The notes below the pieces were generated by a model that searched no databases, was not told the DNA's origin, and saw only the letters and a program-made list of their open reading frames with translations. The translations under genes and the position numbers were made by a program. A stretch of DNA of 64,000 nt from Bdellovibrionales bacterium (GTDB lineage: Bacteria; Bdellovibrionota; Bdellovibrionia; Bdellovibrionales; UBA1609): positions 480,001-544,000 of the forward strand of contig CBDHDF010000010.1 of NCBI GenBank assembly GCA_965261545.1, given 5' to 3'. Below are positions 10,352 through 21,789 of the stretch, one piece after another; the first letter of the stretch is position 1; every line of letters begins with the position of its first letter.

Positions 10352-13300
10352 AATTCACCTAACCTTTTTTCAAGTTCACTTACTTTACGCAAGAGATTCG
10401 GATTATTTGTATTAAACTTAACCTTGCTTAGTATGCGATAAGCATCCCCTCGTTCTTTCAATATATCTATTAGCAAAATGGCATAATTATAAAGCAATGA
10501 GGCATCACGAACTCCTGAATCCAAAGCTTTCTTAAAAATTTTCTCAGCCTGCTTATTTTGCCCCGTTCCCATCAAAGCAACAGCATAGTTATTTGATACA
10601 CCAATAGCAGACTCATTCCTTCTCCCCAAACCAGACTTCATCTTCTCATATCCAGATTCGAGTGGAGCAAGTGCTCGCCCATAGTCCTTATAAGTACTAA
10701 ATATAGACCCTAAATTAAGGCTAGCATTTTCGTAAGAATCTTTTATTTCGATGGCTCTTTTAAAATAAAAAATAGCTTTTCTAATATCACCTTCCACTAA
10801 ATAAATAACACCTATATTATTATATAAGCCAGGTTCTTTTTCATGATTCTTAAGAGCTCTTTGATAAATAATTTTAGCCATCTTCGATTTTCCTTCAGTA
10901 AAATAAAAATACCCCAAAGCATTTAATGCATTTAAGTCCTTTGGATTTACACTTAACATCTTAGACACCTCTTTCACAACCATGTCCTCGTCTTTAGCAT
11001 TAAGAGCCAACTTAAGGCGACGATAGCTTCCAGACACACCCTTAGGTCTTTCAGACTTTTCACTACTGCCACGACTTCCACCCAGTCCGTCTGTCAATCT
11101 AGTTAAATGAGTTTCATAATCATGGCCTGAGTTCTTTCCGGGTTCAACCTTACCTAATTCTATGGTTGCTATATTTAACCACTTATTATAAGCCTGAAAT
11201 CTAAACGCCTTTTCAATAGCTGACTTATAAGATCCAATAGCCTGTTCTTGAAATGGCTTTGCCAATTTATCAATTTCCTTTTTATATAATTTAAGATCAT
11301 CACCTTTTAACTCCTTAGGAACAGGCGCATGATAAATAGAGGAAGCCATGTGCTGAAGGGCTTGACCTTGAACCGTCAAGGCAGCAACAACCTGACTGCC
11401 ATCATTATAGGCCACCACTGATTTGAGCTGTTCTTTAAGTTGGTTCATCATTTTTAGTTTCTTTTGCACAGCTGCACTCTGACGCTTTCCCGCTGGAATA
11501 GAAATGGCTTGCAAGGCAAGATAAGTTTCATAAACAATATTAAATTTAGCCTCTGCTGCATAACGAAGACCTAGGTCTCTCTGTTCTCCTGAAGCCTCTT
11601 TATGCAAAGATACAGTTTTTTTATACCAAAAATGTGCCTTAGATTTATTTTTTTCCTTCTCATAAATATGCCCTATTTTATAAGACGCCTCAATAAAAAG
11701 TTTTCCACTTTGATCGCTCTCTTTAATATATTTTTTATAAAAAGAAATAGCTTTTGAAGCCTTCTTTCTCCGCTCCCAAATTTTACCCATGAGAAATAAT
11801 ACTTCGGAACGATCTTTCTCGCGTGACTTATCATAGTAACTTTGATAATTTTTAAGCGCCGAACTATATCTATCTAAACCATCTTGAATAACTGCAGCAT
11901 TATATAAGAAATCTATAGCTACTTTGCTCTTAGGATTTTTCTTAGAGTAAACCTCATAAATATTTGCTGCCTTTAAATACTGACCTGTTTGTTCATAAAT
12001 AGATGCTAGAAATTTTTGTGCCTTAGGTTTCAAAACCTTCTCTTTATTTCCTTTCATTGTTAAAACAAGGTGATACATCGAGATGGCGCTCAATAACATA
12101 CCAGCTCTTTCAAAATTCACTGCGGCATTAAATCGGGCCCCAATGGCCAAAGAACTTCTTGGGTTTGCTGTCGCAAAAGAGGCATAATCCTTGGCAGCAT
12201 TTTTATAGTCTTTTAACTTTTCTTTTTCTTCAGCTTGTTTAAAGGTCGCCTTTTGTTTAATCTCTCTCACTTTAGATCCAAGCTTTGAAGACCCTATAGA
12301 ATATATACCGAGAAGCTTATCTGCCACCACTCCCAAGTTTTTATAATCTTTCTTTATATTAAAAATATCTAAAATAAAATTAACTGAATATTCACCATAC
12401 TTTGTCTTTGGAGCCTTTTGCGCCACCTCCATGAGGTGTTCAATGGCAAGGTCAAACTGATTATAATAATAATAAAGTGATCCTATGCGATACCTAATAG
12501 ATATGCGGCTGCTCTTATCCTCATGCTTTGAGCCAAGATACTTTATAGCTACTTTCTCAAAAGCCTTCACTTTAGGTCCAAAAGGGATGGGCTTTAAAGA
12601 ACCTCCCACAATGGACTTGATCTCCTTGGGGGTTGGGAGCAACTTCTCACGAGAAAGAATGGCATTGAGAATTGCCTTTTCTGCATATTTACTTTTGGAT
12701 CGATAGTTAAACACCCATTCATAGTGCTTTGCCGACTGCTCAAAATTCTTCATATCGTAAAGAAGCTCACCATAGAAGAAGTGCATTTCGTCCACATTTT
12801 CACTATTGGTGAATGAACGAAAATAAGCATTATAAGCATCGCTAGCCTGCTTCTGAGTATCAGCAACCTTGGATTTTTGAGCCGTCTGATGTGTCTGCAA
12901 AATATAGCTGCGCAATGTGCTTTCAACAAGCTTATTAGACTTAGCAATAATATTTTTATTCTTGGCATTTTTAGAAAACCACTCACTTTTTTTATTATAA
13001 CCATTAATCCATTTAAAAAGCTCTGCAATAAAAACCCTGTTATTTCCACTATCTAGTTCAATTTTCACGATCTGATACTGATACTCATAGGCTCGTGGGC
13101 TATTGGAATTGAGTGAGATAAGCTTTCTAAATGAATATTTAGCAGCAGGAAGATTCCCAGCATCAACATAATAGAAAGCAATTTTTGCTAGCAGTTTAGG
13201 GGCGGATTTTCTTCCAACAACTTTTTGGAAATAAGAATAAGCACTCTTGTAGTTTCCTGCCTCTACATAAAAAGCCACAATATCTTTCACCGCCTCAGTA

Positions 13301-14247
13301 GCAAGACGAATGCGACTAACCTTCGACTTTTCAGAACGACCCTTAGCTTTTCGCCCCGTGTATATAACCTTCTCCATGGACCTTAAGGCCACCGCAGCCT
13401 GTCCCATTTTATACTGACACCAAGCGCTTTTATACAAAGAAAATGAGTAAAGGCGAGCTTTTTTATCTCTTATAATCTTCTTATAGTGCTTAAGAGCTTC
13501 TCTCCATTTTTCATTATTAAAATAATACTCTCCCAATGAAAAATTAGATTCATGAACAAATAAACTTTTTGGATATTCTTTTGTTAAGCGTAAATAATAC
13601 CCTTTCCCCTTTCTAGGTTGATTCAACTCAAAATAATTATAGCCCAACAAAAAAAGTGCTTGGTCTCCCTTTGAATCCTTTGGATAGTCTCTTAAAAACC
13701 ATTCATAAAGCTGGATGGCTTTTCGATTGTAAGTCATGGCTGAGCTTAAATCTAGCCTAGGCATTCTTTTTCTTTTTTTATCATAATATTCTTGAATCCG
13801 CTTATCATAATCATCCTGCAATCTAAACTCTATGAGACGTGCCTTTTCGACATAAAGCTCTGCCAACCTCAACCAAAGTTCTCCTCGACCGCGACTCCTC
13901 TTAAAGCGTTGAGTGAGTTGATAAGCATCCTTGATAAGCCTATCCGTGGCTTTTTCAAGAGCAATTTCGTTTGCATTTTCACCATAGTAAAATTGCGAAG
14001 AGGAAGGCGGCTTTACCTTTCGAAGATTGACTTTATTCAAAATTTTTATTTTATTAAATTTTGGCAGTGCATTTTTTTTCTTCTTAACTTGTTGGACATG
14101 CTTCTGTTCGATCTTTCTAAGAACATCACCAACAGTTCCCTTCTCTCTAGCTCCTATAGAATTTTTATTAAAGAAAACTACCTGTGATGCGACCGCAACA
14201 AGAAGAATACAAAAAAAACTGATAAAGATACGAAAATTATAAACCAC
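10348..14247 (-). CDS. Large TPR protein, GltD(AgmU)-like with fused GltE-like C-terminal TPR region
   Basis: Many TPR motifs; LWLRLAELY, YSFSLYKSAWC; cluster context. Confidence 0.75.
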   Translation of the reverse strand: MVYNFRIFISFFCILLVAVASQVVFFNKNSIGAREKGTVGDVLRKIEQKHVQQVKKKKNALPKFNKIKILNKVNLRKVKPPSSSQFYYGENANEIALEKATDRLIKDAYQLTQRFKRSRGRGELWLRLAELYVEKARLIEFRLQDDYDKRIQEYYDKKRKRMPRLDLSSAMTYNRKAIQLYEWFLRDYPKDSKGDQALFLLGYNYFELNQPRKGKGYYLRLTKEYPKSLFVHESNFSLGEYYFNNEKWREALKHYKKIIRDKKARLYSFSLYKSAWCQYKMGQAAVALRSMEKVIYTGRKAKGRSEKSKVSRIRLATEAVKDIVAFYVEAGNYKSAYSYFQKVVGRKSAPKLLAKIAFYYVDAGNLPAAKYSFRKLISLNSNSPRAYEYQYQIVKIELDSGNNRVFIAELFKWINGYNKKSEWFSKNAKNKNIIAKSNKLVESTLRSYILQTHQTAQKSKVADTQKQASDAYNAYFRSFTNSENVDEMHFFYGELLYDMKNFEQSAKHYEWVFNYRSKSKYAEKAILNAILSREKLLPTPKEIKSIVGGSLKPIPFGPKVKAFEKVAIKYLGSKHEDKSSRISIRYRIGSLYYYYNQFDLAIEHLMEVAQKAPKTKYGEYSVNFILDIFNIKKDYKNLGVVADKLLGIYSIGSSKLGSKVREIKQKATFKQAEEKEKLKDYKNAAKDYASFATANPRSSLAIGARFNAAVNFERAGMLLSAISMYHLVLTMKGNKEKVLKPKAQKFLASIYEQTGQYLKAANIYEVYSKKNPKSKVAIDFLYNAAVIQDGLDRYSSALKNYQSYYDKSREKDRSEVLFLMGKIWERRKKASKAISFYKKYIKESDQSGKLFIEASYKIGHIYEKEKNKSKAHFWYKKTVSLHKEASGEQRDLGLRYAAEAKFNIVYETYLALQAISIPAGKRQSAAVQKKLKMMNQLKEQLKSVVAYNDGSQVVAALTVQGQALQHMASSIYHAPVPKELKGDDLKLYKKEIDKLAKPFQEQAIGSYKSAIEKAFRFQAYNKWLNIATIELGKVEPGKNSGHDYETHLTRLTDGLGGSRGSSEKSERPKGVSGSYRRLKLALNAKDEDMVVKEVSKMLSVNPKDLNALNALGYFYFTEGKSKMAKIIYQRALKNHEKEPGLYNNIGVIYLVEGDIRKAIFYFKRAIEIKDSYENASLNLGSIFSTYKDYGRALAPLESGYEKMKSGLGRRNESAIGVSNNYAVALMGTGQNKQAEKIFKKALDSGVRDASLLYNYAILLIDILKERGDAYRILSKVKFNTNNPNLLRKVSELEKRLGEL

Positions 14248-16072
14248 AACTATGTGTTCCTATATAGTGATAATTACCTAATTCATCTAGCCAATATTCA
14301 CCATTAAATGACCAGTACTCAAATCCATCTTGTATATAAAAGTCTCTTGTTTGCTCATCATTTATTTGCTTAGGCAATAATTTTCCGCTTATTTTTTTCC
14401 GAATATTTTCTCTCTCGCTGTTGCCCATCTCAAAACGAATAAAACCTTCTTGTTCAAAAAAATCTCTCAATTCAGCCTTAATAGCCAACATATGATCTCT
14501 AACCTGTTGACCCGCCCTCTTGCGCGCCTTGATAATTCTTGTTGTTATAACCTTGTTAGCATATCGCCCCATAGAAGACTCTTTCCAGCGAGATGGCATA
14601 GATTGAACTCGATTTTTTTCTCTTAAAAGCTCTTTAATGTAGTTATAAGAGCGACGAAAATCACCTTCTTTAAGAATTCTTCTAACGGCCTGAAAAGGTA
14701 ACTTATATTTATTATGATCAATGTTTTCTCCAAAATTATTATAATCTACCAAAATGCTAACGATATCATTAAAATATTTTGAAGGATCACTATTAACATT
14801 CAAATAATTATTGATATCTGAGTAAACAGGTTTATATATTTTATTAAATAAATCCATTACTTTCCTCATTTCAACATACTTGCAAATATACAAGTATACA
14901 ATAGCCCTTAATAAAAGAGACTCCGGCAAATAAAAGTTCTCATAAAAAGTTGAATGAAGAGATTGAAAATTACTAAGAGCTGACCTAAATTTTCCACTTC
15001 TAAGCATGGCCCAACTAGACTCAAACAATGTGTCATGCCAAAACTCTGTATCTCTAGGAATCTTTCGATAATTTTCAATAGCTTGTTCCCAGTTTTTATC
15101 TTGATAGAAGGCTCGGGCCTTTCCCATAATCCCAACCACCCGGTTAGCATTGGTAATATCAGTTGATCCCTGATGCTCTATAAGTTCATCAAACGCATTC
15201 ACAGCTTTTTCAATTTGATTGAGTTCACTATATGCAAGAGCCTGAGAATATTTTGATTTATTATAAAAAGAACTTGAATCGCTCACCAAACCAAAACTAT
15301 GCGCTGCTTTCTTTATTTGATCATTTCTCATCTGAAACTCACCAATACGATAGTACAGCATATCCCTATGAACCTTTGGAAATTCACTGACTTTTACCTT
15401 TGATATTGCATAGTTGAGAAGGGAATCATCACCTAATTTGTCTGCTGCCAAAGATAACTTTTCAAGACTCTGCTTCAAGTACTTACTTTGTCCCTTTCTA
15501 ATAACATTAATAAATTGAAAAGCTGAAGTTTGATTTAAATCCATTTGATAAAGCATTAAACCTAATATGTACTTAATTTGAGTCCTTTTAGATAAAAATC
15601 GAGGGCTATGACTAAGTTGAAACAACTTCATTGAGGCCTCATGGTACTCACCATTATGAACTAGTTTTAAAGCATTTGTTAGATCGGCGTACATTTTCTT
15701 TGAACGAGTCTTTGAACGGGTCTTTGAAACATCGCTTTGTCTTTTACGCCAAGATTTTTTAAGCTTCTTCCTCTTGCTCTTCAACTGTTTTTTTGGCTTA
15801 GACTTCCTTGCTACTTTCTTACGACTCTTCGTGTTATTAAGCTTTTTAATAAGAGCTTTAGATTTTTCTCTTACTCCTCTTTTTGCCACTCTTTTCAATT
15901 TAGACTGAATATTTTTTTGAGATTTCTTAACTTGCTTTTTATTTTTCCCTTCTATGAGAGTTGCTCCTTGACCAAAAGAGAGATTCCCAAAGCCTCCCCC
16001 CCCCAAGAACAAAAAAAATATAAGACCTAAACTTGCCCCAATCTTCATCAACTTTTTTGATATAATAATCAC
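14237..16072 (-). CDS. GltC-like TPR gliding protein
   Basis: TPR motifs; C-terminal YWSFNGEYWLDELGNY...C. Confidence 0.75.
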   Translation of the reverse strand: MIIISKKLMKIGASLGLIFFLFLGGGGFGNLSFGQGATLIEGKNKKQVKKSQKNIQSKLKRVAKRGVREKSKALIKKLNNTKSRKKVARKSKPKKQLKSKRKKLKKSWRKRQSDVSKTRSKTRSKKMYADLTNALKLVHNGEYHEASMKLFQLSHSPRFLSKRTQIKYILGLMLYQMDLNQTSAFQFINVIRKGQSKYLKQSLEKLSLAADKLGDDSLLNYAISKVKVSEFPKVHRDMLYYRIGEFQMRNDQIKKAAHSFGLVSDSSSFYNKSKYSQALAYSELNQIEKAVNAFDELIEHQGSTDITNANRVVGIMGKARAFYQDKNWEQAIENYRKIPRDTEFWHDTLFESSWAMLRSGKFRSALSNFQSLHSTFYENFYLPESLLLRAIVYLYICKYVEMRKVMDLFNKIYKPVYSDINNYLNVNSDPSKYFNDIVSILVDYNNFGENIDHNKYKLPFQAVRRILKEGDFRRSYNYIKELLREKNRVQSMPSRWKESSMGRYANKVITTRIIKARKRAGQQVRDHMLAIKAELRDFFEQEGFIRFEMGNSERENIRKKISGKLLPKQINDEQTRDFYIQDGFEYWSFNGEYWLDELGNYHYIGTHSCGL

Positions 16073-16090
16073 TACTTGACTCCCTATTCC

Positions 16091-16147
16091 TTTTAGCTAC
16101 AGCATTGCCTTTAGCTACAGTATTGCCTTTAGCTACAGTATTGCCTT
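16091..16147. repeat. Intergenic 18-bp tandem repeat, 3 copies
   Basis: tttagctacag(c/t)attgcc x3. Confidence 0.85.
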
Positions 16148-16149
16148 CA

Positions 16150-16992
16150 TTACCTGTACTCAACCCCTGGAATAAAAAAGCTAACACCAATTCCACAAAA
16201 CAAATCTGAGTGATTTACAGCTTCACGCCCACCACTTCGCCTTGATTCAACTTCTGCTATATATCGATTCCAGGTCAGGTCCCACCGAAGAGCCATAGAC
16301 TTACCAAGAGCAAAGCTCTGACCAACACCTAATTGTATCGTACCAACTCCTTGGCGATTTTGAATCTCTGTTGATCCATAACCTAGACTAAAGAAGGCAT
16401 CAAAGGGAACAATCCTACCTTCAAAAAGAGACATCTTTCCGTAAATAGGCACCCACTTAATGGACCCTCCAATGAAGCTATGAGGGACAACAAGGCTGCG
16501 TGTAGAAATCTTTCTTAAATTTGCAAGGTCCTTTGTAATCTGCCTCTTTGATGAATAAACAGAATAATATTGACCCTCCACTCCCCATTTTTCTGAAATA
16601 TAAAATCCTCCCTTTAAGGCAAAGGCTACGTTATTAAAGAATGCATTGTTTAAAACGAGAAGACTTCCCGCATGCAGCTCAAAGCGCTGGCTTTTTGGCA
16701 AGAATTTCTTAGATATAATGGCCACATCTTGAAAAGGAGCCAGCTTAGATAGTTCTGAAAGTTTATCAAGAGCCTTTGGAGGATCAAAGCTTCTCGAAAT
16801 AGTTGTTTTTTTGTCCTTACTATTTACTTCTTCTTCTAAATCGTCATAAAGCCCCTCAATGTCTACACTTTCACCTTCAATACCAGTTTGCGCTAGAGCG
16901 AGAGGTATAGACAGCCATGACATCCATGTGGCGGATGGTATGAAAAGCATTAAAAATATTAACAGCGTAGATAATCTAATATAGTAATACAC
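16150..16992 (-). CDS. Outer-membrane beta-barrel, GltA/GltB-like
   Basis: WVPIYGKMSLF motif; amphipathic beta-strands. Confidence 0.75.
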   Translation of the reverse strand: MYYYIRLSTLLIFLMLFIPSATWMSWLSIPLALAQTGIEGESVDIEGLYDDLEEEVNSKDKKTTISRSFDPPKALDKLSELSKLAPFQDVAIISKKFLPKSQRFELHAGSLLVLNNAFFNNVAFALKGGFYISEKWGVEGQYYSVYSSKRQITKDLANLRKISTRSLVVPHSFIGGSIKWVPIYGKMSLFEGRIVPFDAFFSLGYGSTEIQNRQGVGTIQLGVGQSFALGKSMALRWDLTWNRYIAEVESRRSGGREAVNHSDLFCGIGVSFFIPGVEYR

Positions 16993-17091
16993 ATGCCCCC
17001 CATATATATCTCACTAAAATATCAAAATAATAAAAATTTTCTAAATACTTCATTGCATAACTAATGTTTCGTCGATGCGCACGCCCTCAGC

Positions 17092-17895
17092 TTAGATGAT
17101 AAACTCGATACCAATATTGAGAAAAATGGGAAAATAAAAAACACTATCTAAATCACGACTGGAAACAGGAGGGTCTCCTACCTGTAAGTCTGGATTATCC
17201 TGGATAGGGTTGGGTCCCTCATAAACAATAAGTCTTAAGTCTCCACGTACAGCCATTCTTTTGTTTAAATAAAATTTTTGCCCAAAACCTACACTCAAGG
17301 CATAGGAATCTAAATCACTAAAAGAAACTGTACCCGCCCCCAGCAAACCATAAAGAGCCAAGTTCATCACTGAATATTTTGAGAAACTCACTTTTCCATA
17401 GTAGGCCATGAGTTGATATTCACCCAAGACCATACGCTCTAGAGTCGGCGCCAAGCTCGCGTCAAAAGTATCAGGCTCAATACCGCGCCCCGCCTTAAGC
17501 TCTTGCCCCATCTCTGAAAGACCCTGCATAACATGAATATAAGTTAAGCCAACAGCATGGGTCTCAGAAAAGTTATAATGAAGATCCACATGGAAATTCT
17601 GCTTGTTATAAAGAGCGTCTTGAAGATTAAGACCTGCGCCAAGCCCCACCTCCAAATGTGACTTCAATACAATATTTCTGTTTTGAACAAATGATGTGGC
17701 ATTAAAGCGTGGTAGAACTGTCTCACGAGCCAATTCCTCTTCAGGAAACTCAATCGTCTCCCCCCCCACTGTGCAACACACCAAAAGCAAAAGAACGGCG
17801 ACACCAAAAACAGGCCCCCAAAAGAGGCTTTCCATCCGTGTTCTTCTTCTCTGCATCAACCCTACCCCTTCTTCTTTATCAAATTTCTTTATCAA
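17092..17895 (-). CDS. Outer-membrane beta-barrel, GltA/GltB-like
   Basis: YYGKVSF motif; C-terminal LNIGIEFII. Confidence 0.75.
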   Translation of the reverse strand: MIKKFDKEEGVGLMQRRRTRMESLFWGPVFGVAVLLLLVCCTVGGETIEFPEEELARETVLPRFNATSFVQNRNIVLKSHLEVGLGAGLNLQDALYNKQNFHVDLHYNFSETHAVGLTYIHVMQGLSEMGQELKAGRGIEPDTFDASLAPTLERMVLGEYQLMAYYGKVSFSKYSVMNLALYGLLGAGTVSFSDLDSYALSVGFGQKFYLNKRMAVRGDLRLIVYEGPNPIQDNPDLQVGDPPVSSRDLDSVFYFPIFLNIGIEFII

Positions 17896-18176
17896 AGCAA
17901 AATAAATGATCTCCTAGAAAATCCACCAAACTCTCACTATCATCCTCTCATGAAATTCAAAGAGGTGAATAAAGTGCTCCGAGTTGACTCCTTAGCACAT
18001 ATGATAAAGGGACAATATTTAAATGACTAATACCATTCCATACTGACTAGACTCAAGTCAGAGCATTTAATTTGATTCTAGCCTTTAGGAAAGCTTCTAA
18101 AACACCAAATCGCTCTTATTTGCAAATCAAGATGAACATAAAATGAAAAATTGACTAGGTGGAGAGAGTGAAAAAT

Positions 18177-18251
18177 TGGCTCAGGTGGAGGGATTCGAAC
18201 CCCCGACCGGGTGATTAACAGTCACCTGCTCTACCACTGAGCTACACCTGA
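18177..18251 (-). tRNA. tRNA-Asn (GTT), CCA encoded
   Basis: Cloverleaf: tcaggtg/cacctga acceptor stem, anticodon loop ctGTTaa, T-loop gttcgaatc, G discriminator. Confidence 0.97.
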
Positions 18252-18484
18252 ACACACTCACAATGCAATCAACAACTCATCTCACTTTCTTAACGAGCAT
18301 AGTATTGAAAACCCAGACAAAACCTTTAATTAGATAGTGAGATATAAAAAATATGAAAAAACCTAGGTATCAAGCTACAGGAAGCTTCTATCACAGAAAA
18401 GCTCTTTTTCAAGAATTCTTCGTATTTTATGGAAAGGCTCGTCAACTCTCTCTTGATTCCCTCAGCAAGTCCACCAAGGCTCCC

Positions 18485-19162
18485 TCACTCAGGCATGGCA
18501 CCCTTCTCTAACGGCAGCACCGGGGAGTTTGAAATCTTGGCAAGCTCATTGAGAGCCAGCTTAAGTTGAGGGGAGCGAAAAACTTGCCCCCTCCACCCAT
18601 AAATGTTGGGCCCTTGCCTTAAAAGACGCTCCGGTGTACCTTTGATAAAGTGGACAATCAATGCTGTGCGAAAATTCTTCTCCCTATGCCCCTCAAGCAC
18701 AGGCGTCATTCTTAGGGAGCAATGTTTGCCAAACCACTTCTCCATGGCTAAAAAGTCAATTTTCCTTGGGGCTCCAAGTAGGTTTGAAGCTTGAAGCGCT
18801 CCTGAATGCTCCATGTGAGAAACAAACCACTTAAGCTCACTCTGATAAATCTTAAAGCTCTGTGGCTTTTCTATACTCTGCACTCGGGTTTCGCACCATG
18901 TTAATTGACTGGTAGACTTGCCCCCCCCTTGGCCTAAAGTGGGAGAAGAAAATCCCAAAATCGCCAAAACGGAGGGAGGGAGTCCAGAATTTTTCATTTG
19001 AAAAATCACGTAAAGAGACAGTCCCAGGCACAAAATAAGAAAATTTGCTCTCAAAATCCAAGGTAAACTCATACGCCCCCTCCCCTCGACAGCCATGGAA
19101 GTCAAGTAGACAGCCTTGGGAACCAAATCAACAACCATGGACAACCATGAAATTGACAGCAA
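18485..19162 (-). CDS. Hypothetical membrane-anchored protein (start uncertain)
   Basis: 225-aa ORF with one hydrophobic segment. Confidence 0.5.
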   Translation of the reverse strand: MLSISWLSMVVDLVPKAVYLTSMAVEGRGRMSLPWILRANFLILCLGLSLYVIFQMKNSGLPPSVLAILGFSSPTLGQGGGKSTSQLTWCETRVQSIEKPQSFKIYQSELKWFVSHMEHSGALQASNLLGAPRKIDFLAMEKWFGKHCSLRMTPVLEGHREKNFRTALIVHFIKGTPERLLRQGPNIYGWRGQVFRSPQLKLALNELAKISNSPVLPLEKGAMPE

Positions 19163-19427
19163 ACCCTATCCAAAAAAAATCAAGCTGAAACCCACGACAC
19201 TTCTTTAACAAAAGAATTTTTTTCAATCAACCTCATAAAAAACAAAGAAAGCCTGTTCGCTGAAAATTTCCTTTTTTTGACTACAATGAAGACAAAAAGT
19301 CTAGGTTGTACATTTTTTACCCAAATGAGGTCAAAAAAACATTTTTTCTATATGCGTTAAGTCCCTAACATTTCTCGATTTGAGTCTGAGACACTTGGCC
19401 TATGAATTGCATCCTCAGTCATAGGTA

Positions 19428-21065
19428 ATGGAGGGTCTGTATATGAGTCAAATTAAATTACTTTCATATTTCTTATTCTTACCACTGTCCTTAAGTCTCT
19501 ATGGATGTGCCGATGTCGAACTAAGCTCAAAGCCATCCCCCCCCCCCATTTCAGTCTCTTCAAAAGATAAATTTTGCATTGCCGATCCAGCCAAGCAATT
19601 CTCAACAATGAAAATTATGTTTGTCGTGGACATCTCGGGCAGCAACCAATCTACAGATCCCTCTGGAAAAAGGCGAAGCCATGGCATCAAGAAGTTTGTT
19701 GAAAACCTAGAAGCTCTGCAAGGAAGGCGCCCCCAGTACGGGTTGATTGCTTTTGCCAGCAAGGCATACGCTCTCATTAATGAAGGCGGAGATATCACAA
19801 AACCAAGATTTATCAAAAGTGCCCAAGCTATCTACCAAGCCGCCAGAGCCATTCAAAAAAAGCCTTTTATTCGTGCTGGAGGCACTGTCTACAAGACTGC
19901 CCTTCAAATGGTACAACAAGCCATCGATGACGACATTCAAAGGTTCCCCGAACAAAGGGCCAACTATGCTATCTTTTTTGTTTCAGATGGCGCCCCTTCA
20001 GATAGCTTCAAAAAGTCCCATATTTTAAATGTTATCAATACAGGAAATCGAAATATCTACCTGAGCACAGCCTACTATGGCAATGTAGGTCGACGGGCTC
20101 AAGATATATTGAAGAAAATGGCGACATGGGGCAATGGAAATTATATCAACTTTGAAAAAGGACACTCTTGGGATTTAAATCGACTCTTAGTCAGACCCGA
20201 TGTTATTCCATGGAGCCTTAAAGAGTTTTTAGTTTACAACCTCAACGCAGGCTTTTGCTTAGATGGCGAAATTGATGTGGACTCCGATGTGGATGGTATG
20301 TGCGATCGTGACGAAGAAACTTTGAATCACGTGTATGCCAAAGAACTTAAAGCAGAGGGGAACACCTTCGATCCCTCAAACCGATTTAGTTTTGGAGACG
20401 GCTATGGAGACTTCTTTCACTGGCTTCGCTTTAAATATCCAGGAACAAAGCTTATACCCTGCATGAATCGCTCCGATCAGGATTTTGACTTACTGACAGC
20501 CTGTGAAGAAGGTGAGATTCAAAATTATAATAATAATGCCCCCTTCAAAAAAGCCAACCCTCTATATTTTGATACAGACAAAGATGGACTTCTTGATGGC
20601 ATTGAAACATTTGTTTATTTTGCTTCACCGAACACGGGCCAAAGCACTCGCTATACAGCCCCCTTAGATAGTGAAAACCTTGAAGACAATCCCGATGGAG
20701 AGGAAAGTGTACTCACTCAAATCCAACAACACCGCAACCCATGGTTCAAAGACCCCCATGCGGAAGCCTATAACACTAAACTTACTCCCTTAAATAGCAA
20801 AAAAGGAGACTGCTATGAGTTTCACCAATCTGTTCTACCTCTCTACAAGACCCTCCCTGTAAAGGAGGAAAATACTCTCAAGGGTTTAGGGCATGGAGAA
20901 GGAGAAAACTCTATTCTTATTTACTACATACAAATTCCCCAGAAAGAGCCGGATAGCCATGGAGTGCTTCAACACAGTGTGCAAAAAATACCTTTTGGCC
21001 CCTTAAGCCAAGGACTTAAAGTAAGCAAGGGCCAGTTTCAACAATATATAGCCCCCAAGGAATAA
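19428..21065 (+). CDS. vWA-domain lipoprotein with acidic Ca-binding-like (DxDxDG) motifs
   Basis: Lipobox LYGC; MIDAS motif VVDISGSN...T...FVSDG; DSDVDG, DTDKDG. Confidence 0.8.
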   Translation: MEGLYMSQIKLLSYFLFLPLSLSLYGCADVELSSKPSPPPISVSSKDKFCIADPAKQFSTMKIMFVVDISGSNQSTDPSGKRRSHGIKKFVENLEALQGRRPQYGLIAFASKAYALINEGGDITKPRFIKSAQAIYQAARAIQKKPFIRAGGTVYKTALQMVQQAIDDDIQRFPEQRANYAIFFVSDGAPSDSFKKSHILNVINTGNRNIYLSTAYYGNVGRRAQDILKKMATWGNGNYINFEKGHSWDLNRLLVRPDVIPWSLKEFLVYNLNAGFCLDGEIDVDSDVDGMCDRDEETLNHVYAKELKAEGNTFDPSNRFSFGDGYGDFFHWLRFKYPGTKLIPCMNRSDQDFDLLTACEEGEIQNYNNNAPFKKANPLYFDTDKDGLLDGIETFVYFASPNTGQSTRYTAPLDSENLEDNPDGEESVLTQIQQHRNPWFKDPHAEAYNTKLTPLNSKKGDCYEFHQSVLPLYKTLPVKEENTLKGLGHGEGENSILIYYIQIPQKEPDSHGVLQHSVQKIPFGPLSQGLKVSKGQFQQYIAPKE

Positions 21066-21222
21066 GGCTGGCTATATTAAGATAGCGACTCCCACCCACC
21101 ACCCCTCTATAACGCAGGATAAATATAAATAAAGCCTGTGCTTCTGGAGTCGCCCCATAAAGTCGTCTCTCTGAAGTGGAAATGAAATGAATGTGAAGCA
21201 GCCGCATTGCTATCTAAGAAAT

Positions 21223-21789
21223 CTAGCCGCCAGTCCCCGAGTCTTCACGAACGGCAAAGTTAATACCTGTAAATCCCTCTGAAATAAGTATATTCATGAC
21301 TCTCTTTATATAGAGAATAGGAGTGCCTTGATCCGCCTGAATATTGATTTGAGTTTTGGGCTTAAGTCCTGCAAGTGCAAGGTTGGTTTGAAGTTGCTTT
21401 AAGTGCTGAAGGGCCGCCACCAATTTGGGCATGTGAGGAGATATAGTCACTTCTGTGGAATGGGATCCCACAATCTCTGAATCCAGAGAAACTGTTTGAC
21501 TGGTAATAGAAATGAGGGGAAGAGACTCTAATGGAAGGGCGTAAAGTGCTTTGGGAAGAGTAATATCTTTATTGACAAAGAAAGCCTCCCCAGTCGCTGA
21601 AAAATTTAGTAATAAAAAGATCACCAGCATGGAGAACATATCAATCATGGAGGTCAATGGGAGCACAACATCCAGGTCTTTACCCTCTTGGGAGGATAAA
21701 CGTTCTCGAAGCTTAGGCAGGTCATACTTAGGCCGAATATGATAGCCCGGCGGTTGAATAGTGCGACGATGAGCGCCTTGGATTTCCAT
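21223..21789 (-). CDS. ExbD/TolR family protein, AglS-like (second motor)
   Basis: LTSMIDMFSMLVIFLL; IQADQG. Confidence 0.85.
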   Translation of the reverse strand: MEIQGAHRRTIQPPGYHIRPKYDLPKLRERLSSQEGKDLDVVLPLTSMIDMFSMLVIFLLLNFSATGEAFFVNKDITLPKALYALPLESLPLISITSQTVSLDSEIVGSHSTEVTISPHMPKLVAALQHLKQLQTNLALAGLKPKTQINIQADQGTPILYIKRVMNILISEGFTGINFAVREDSGTGG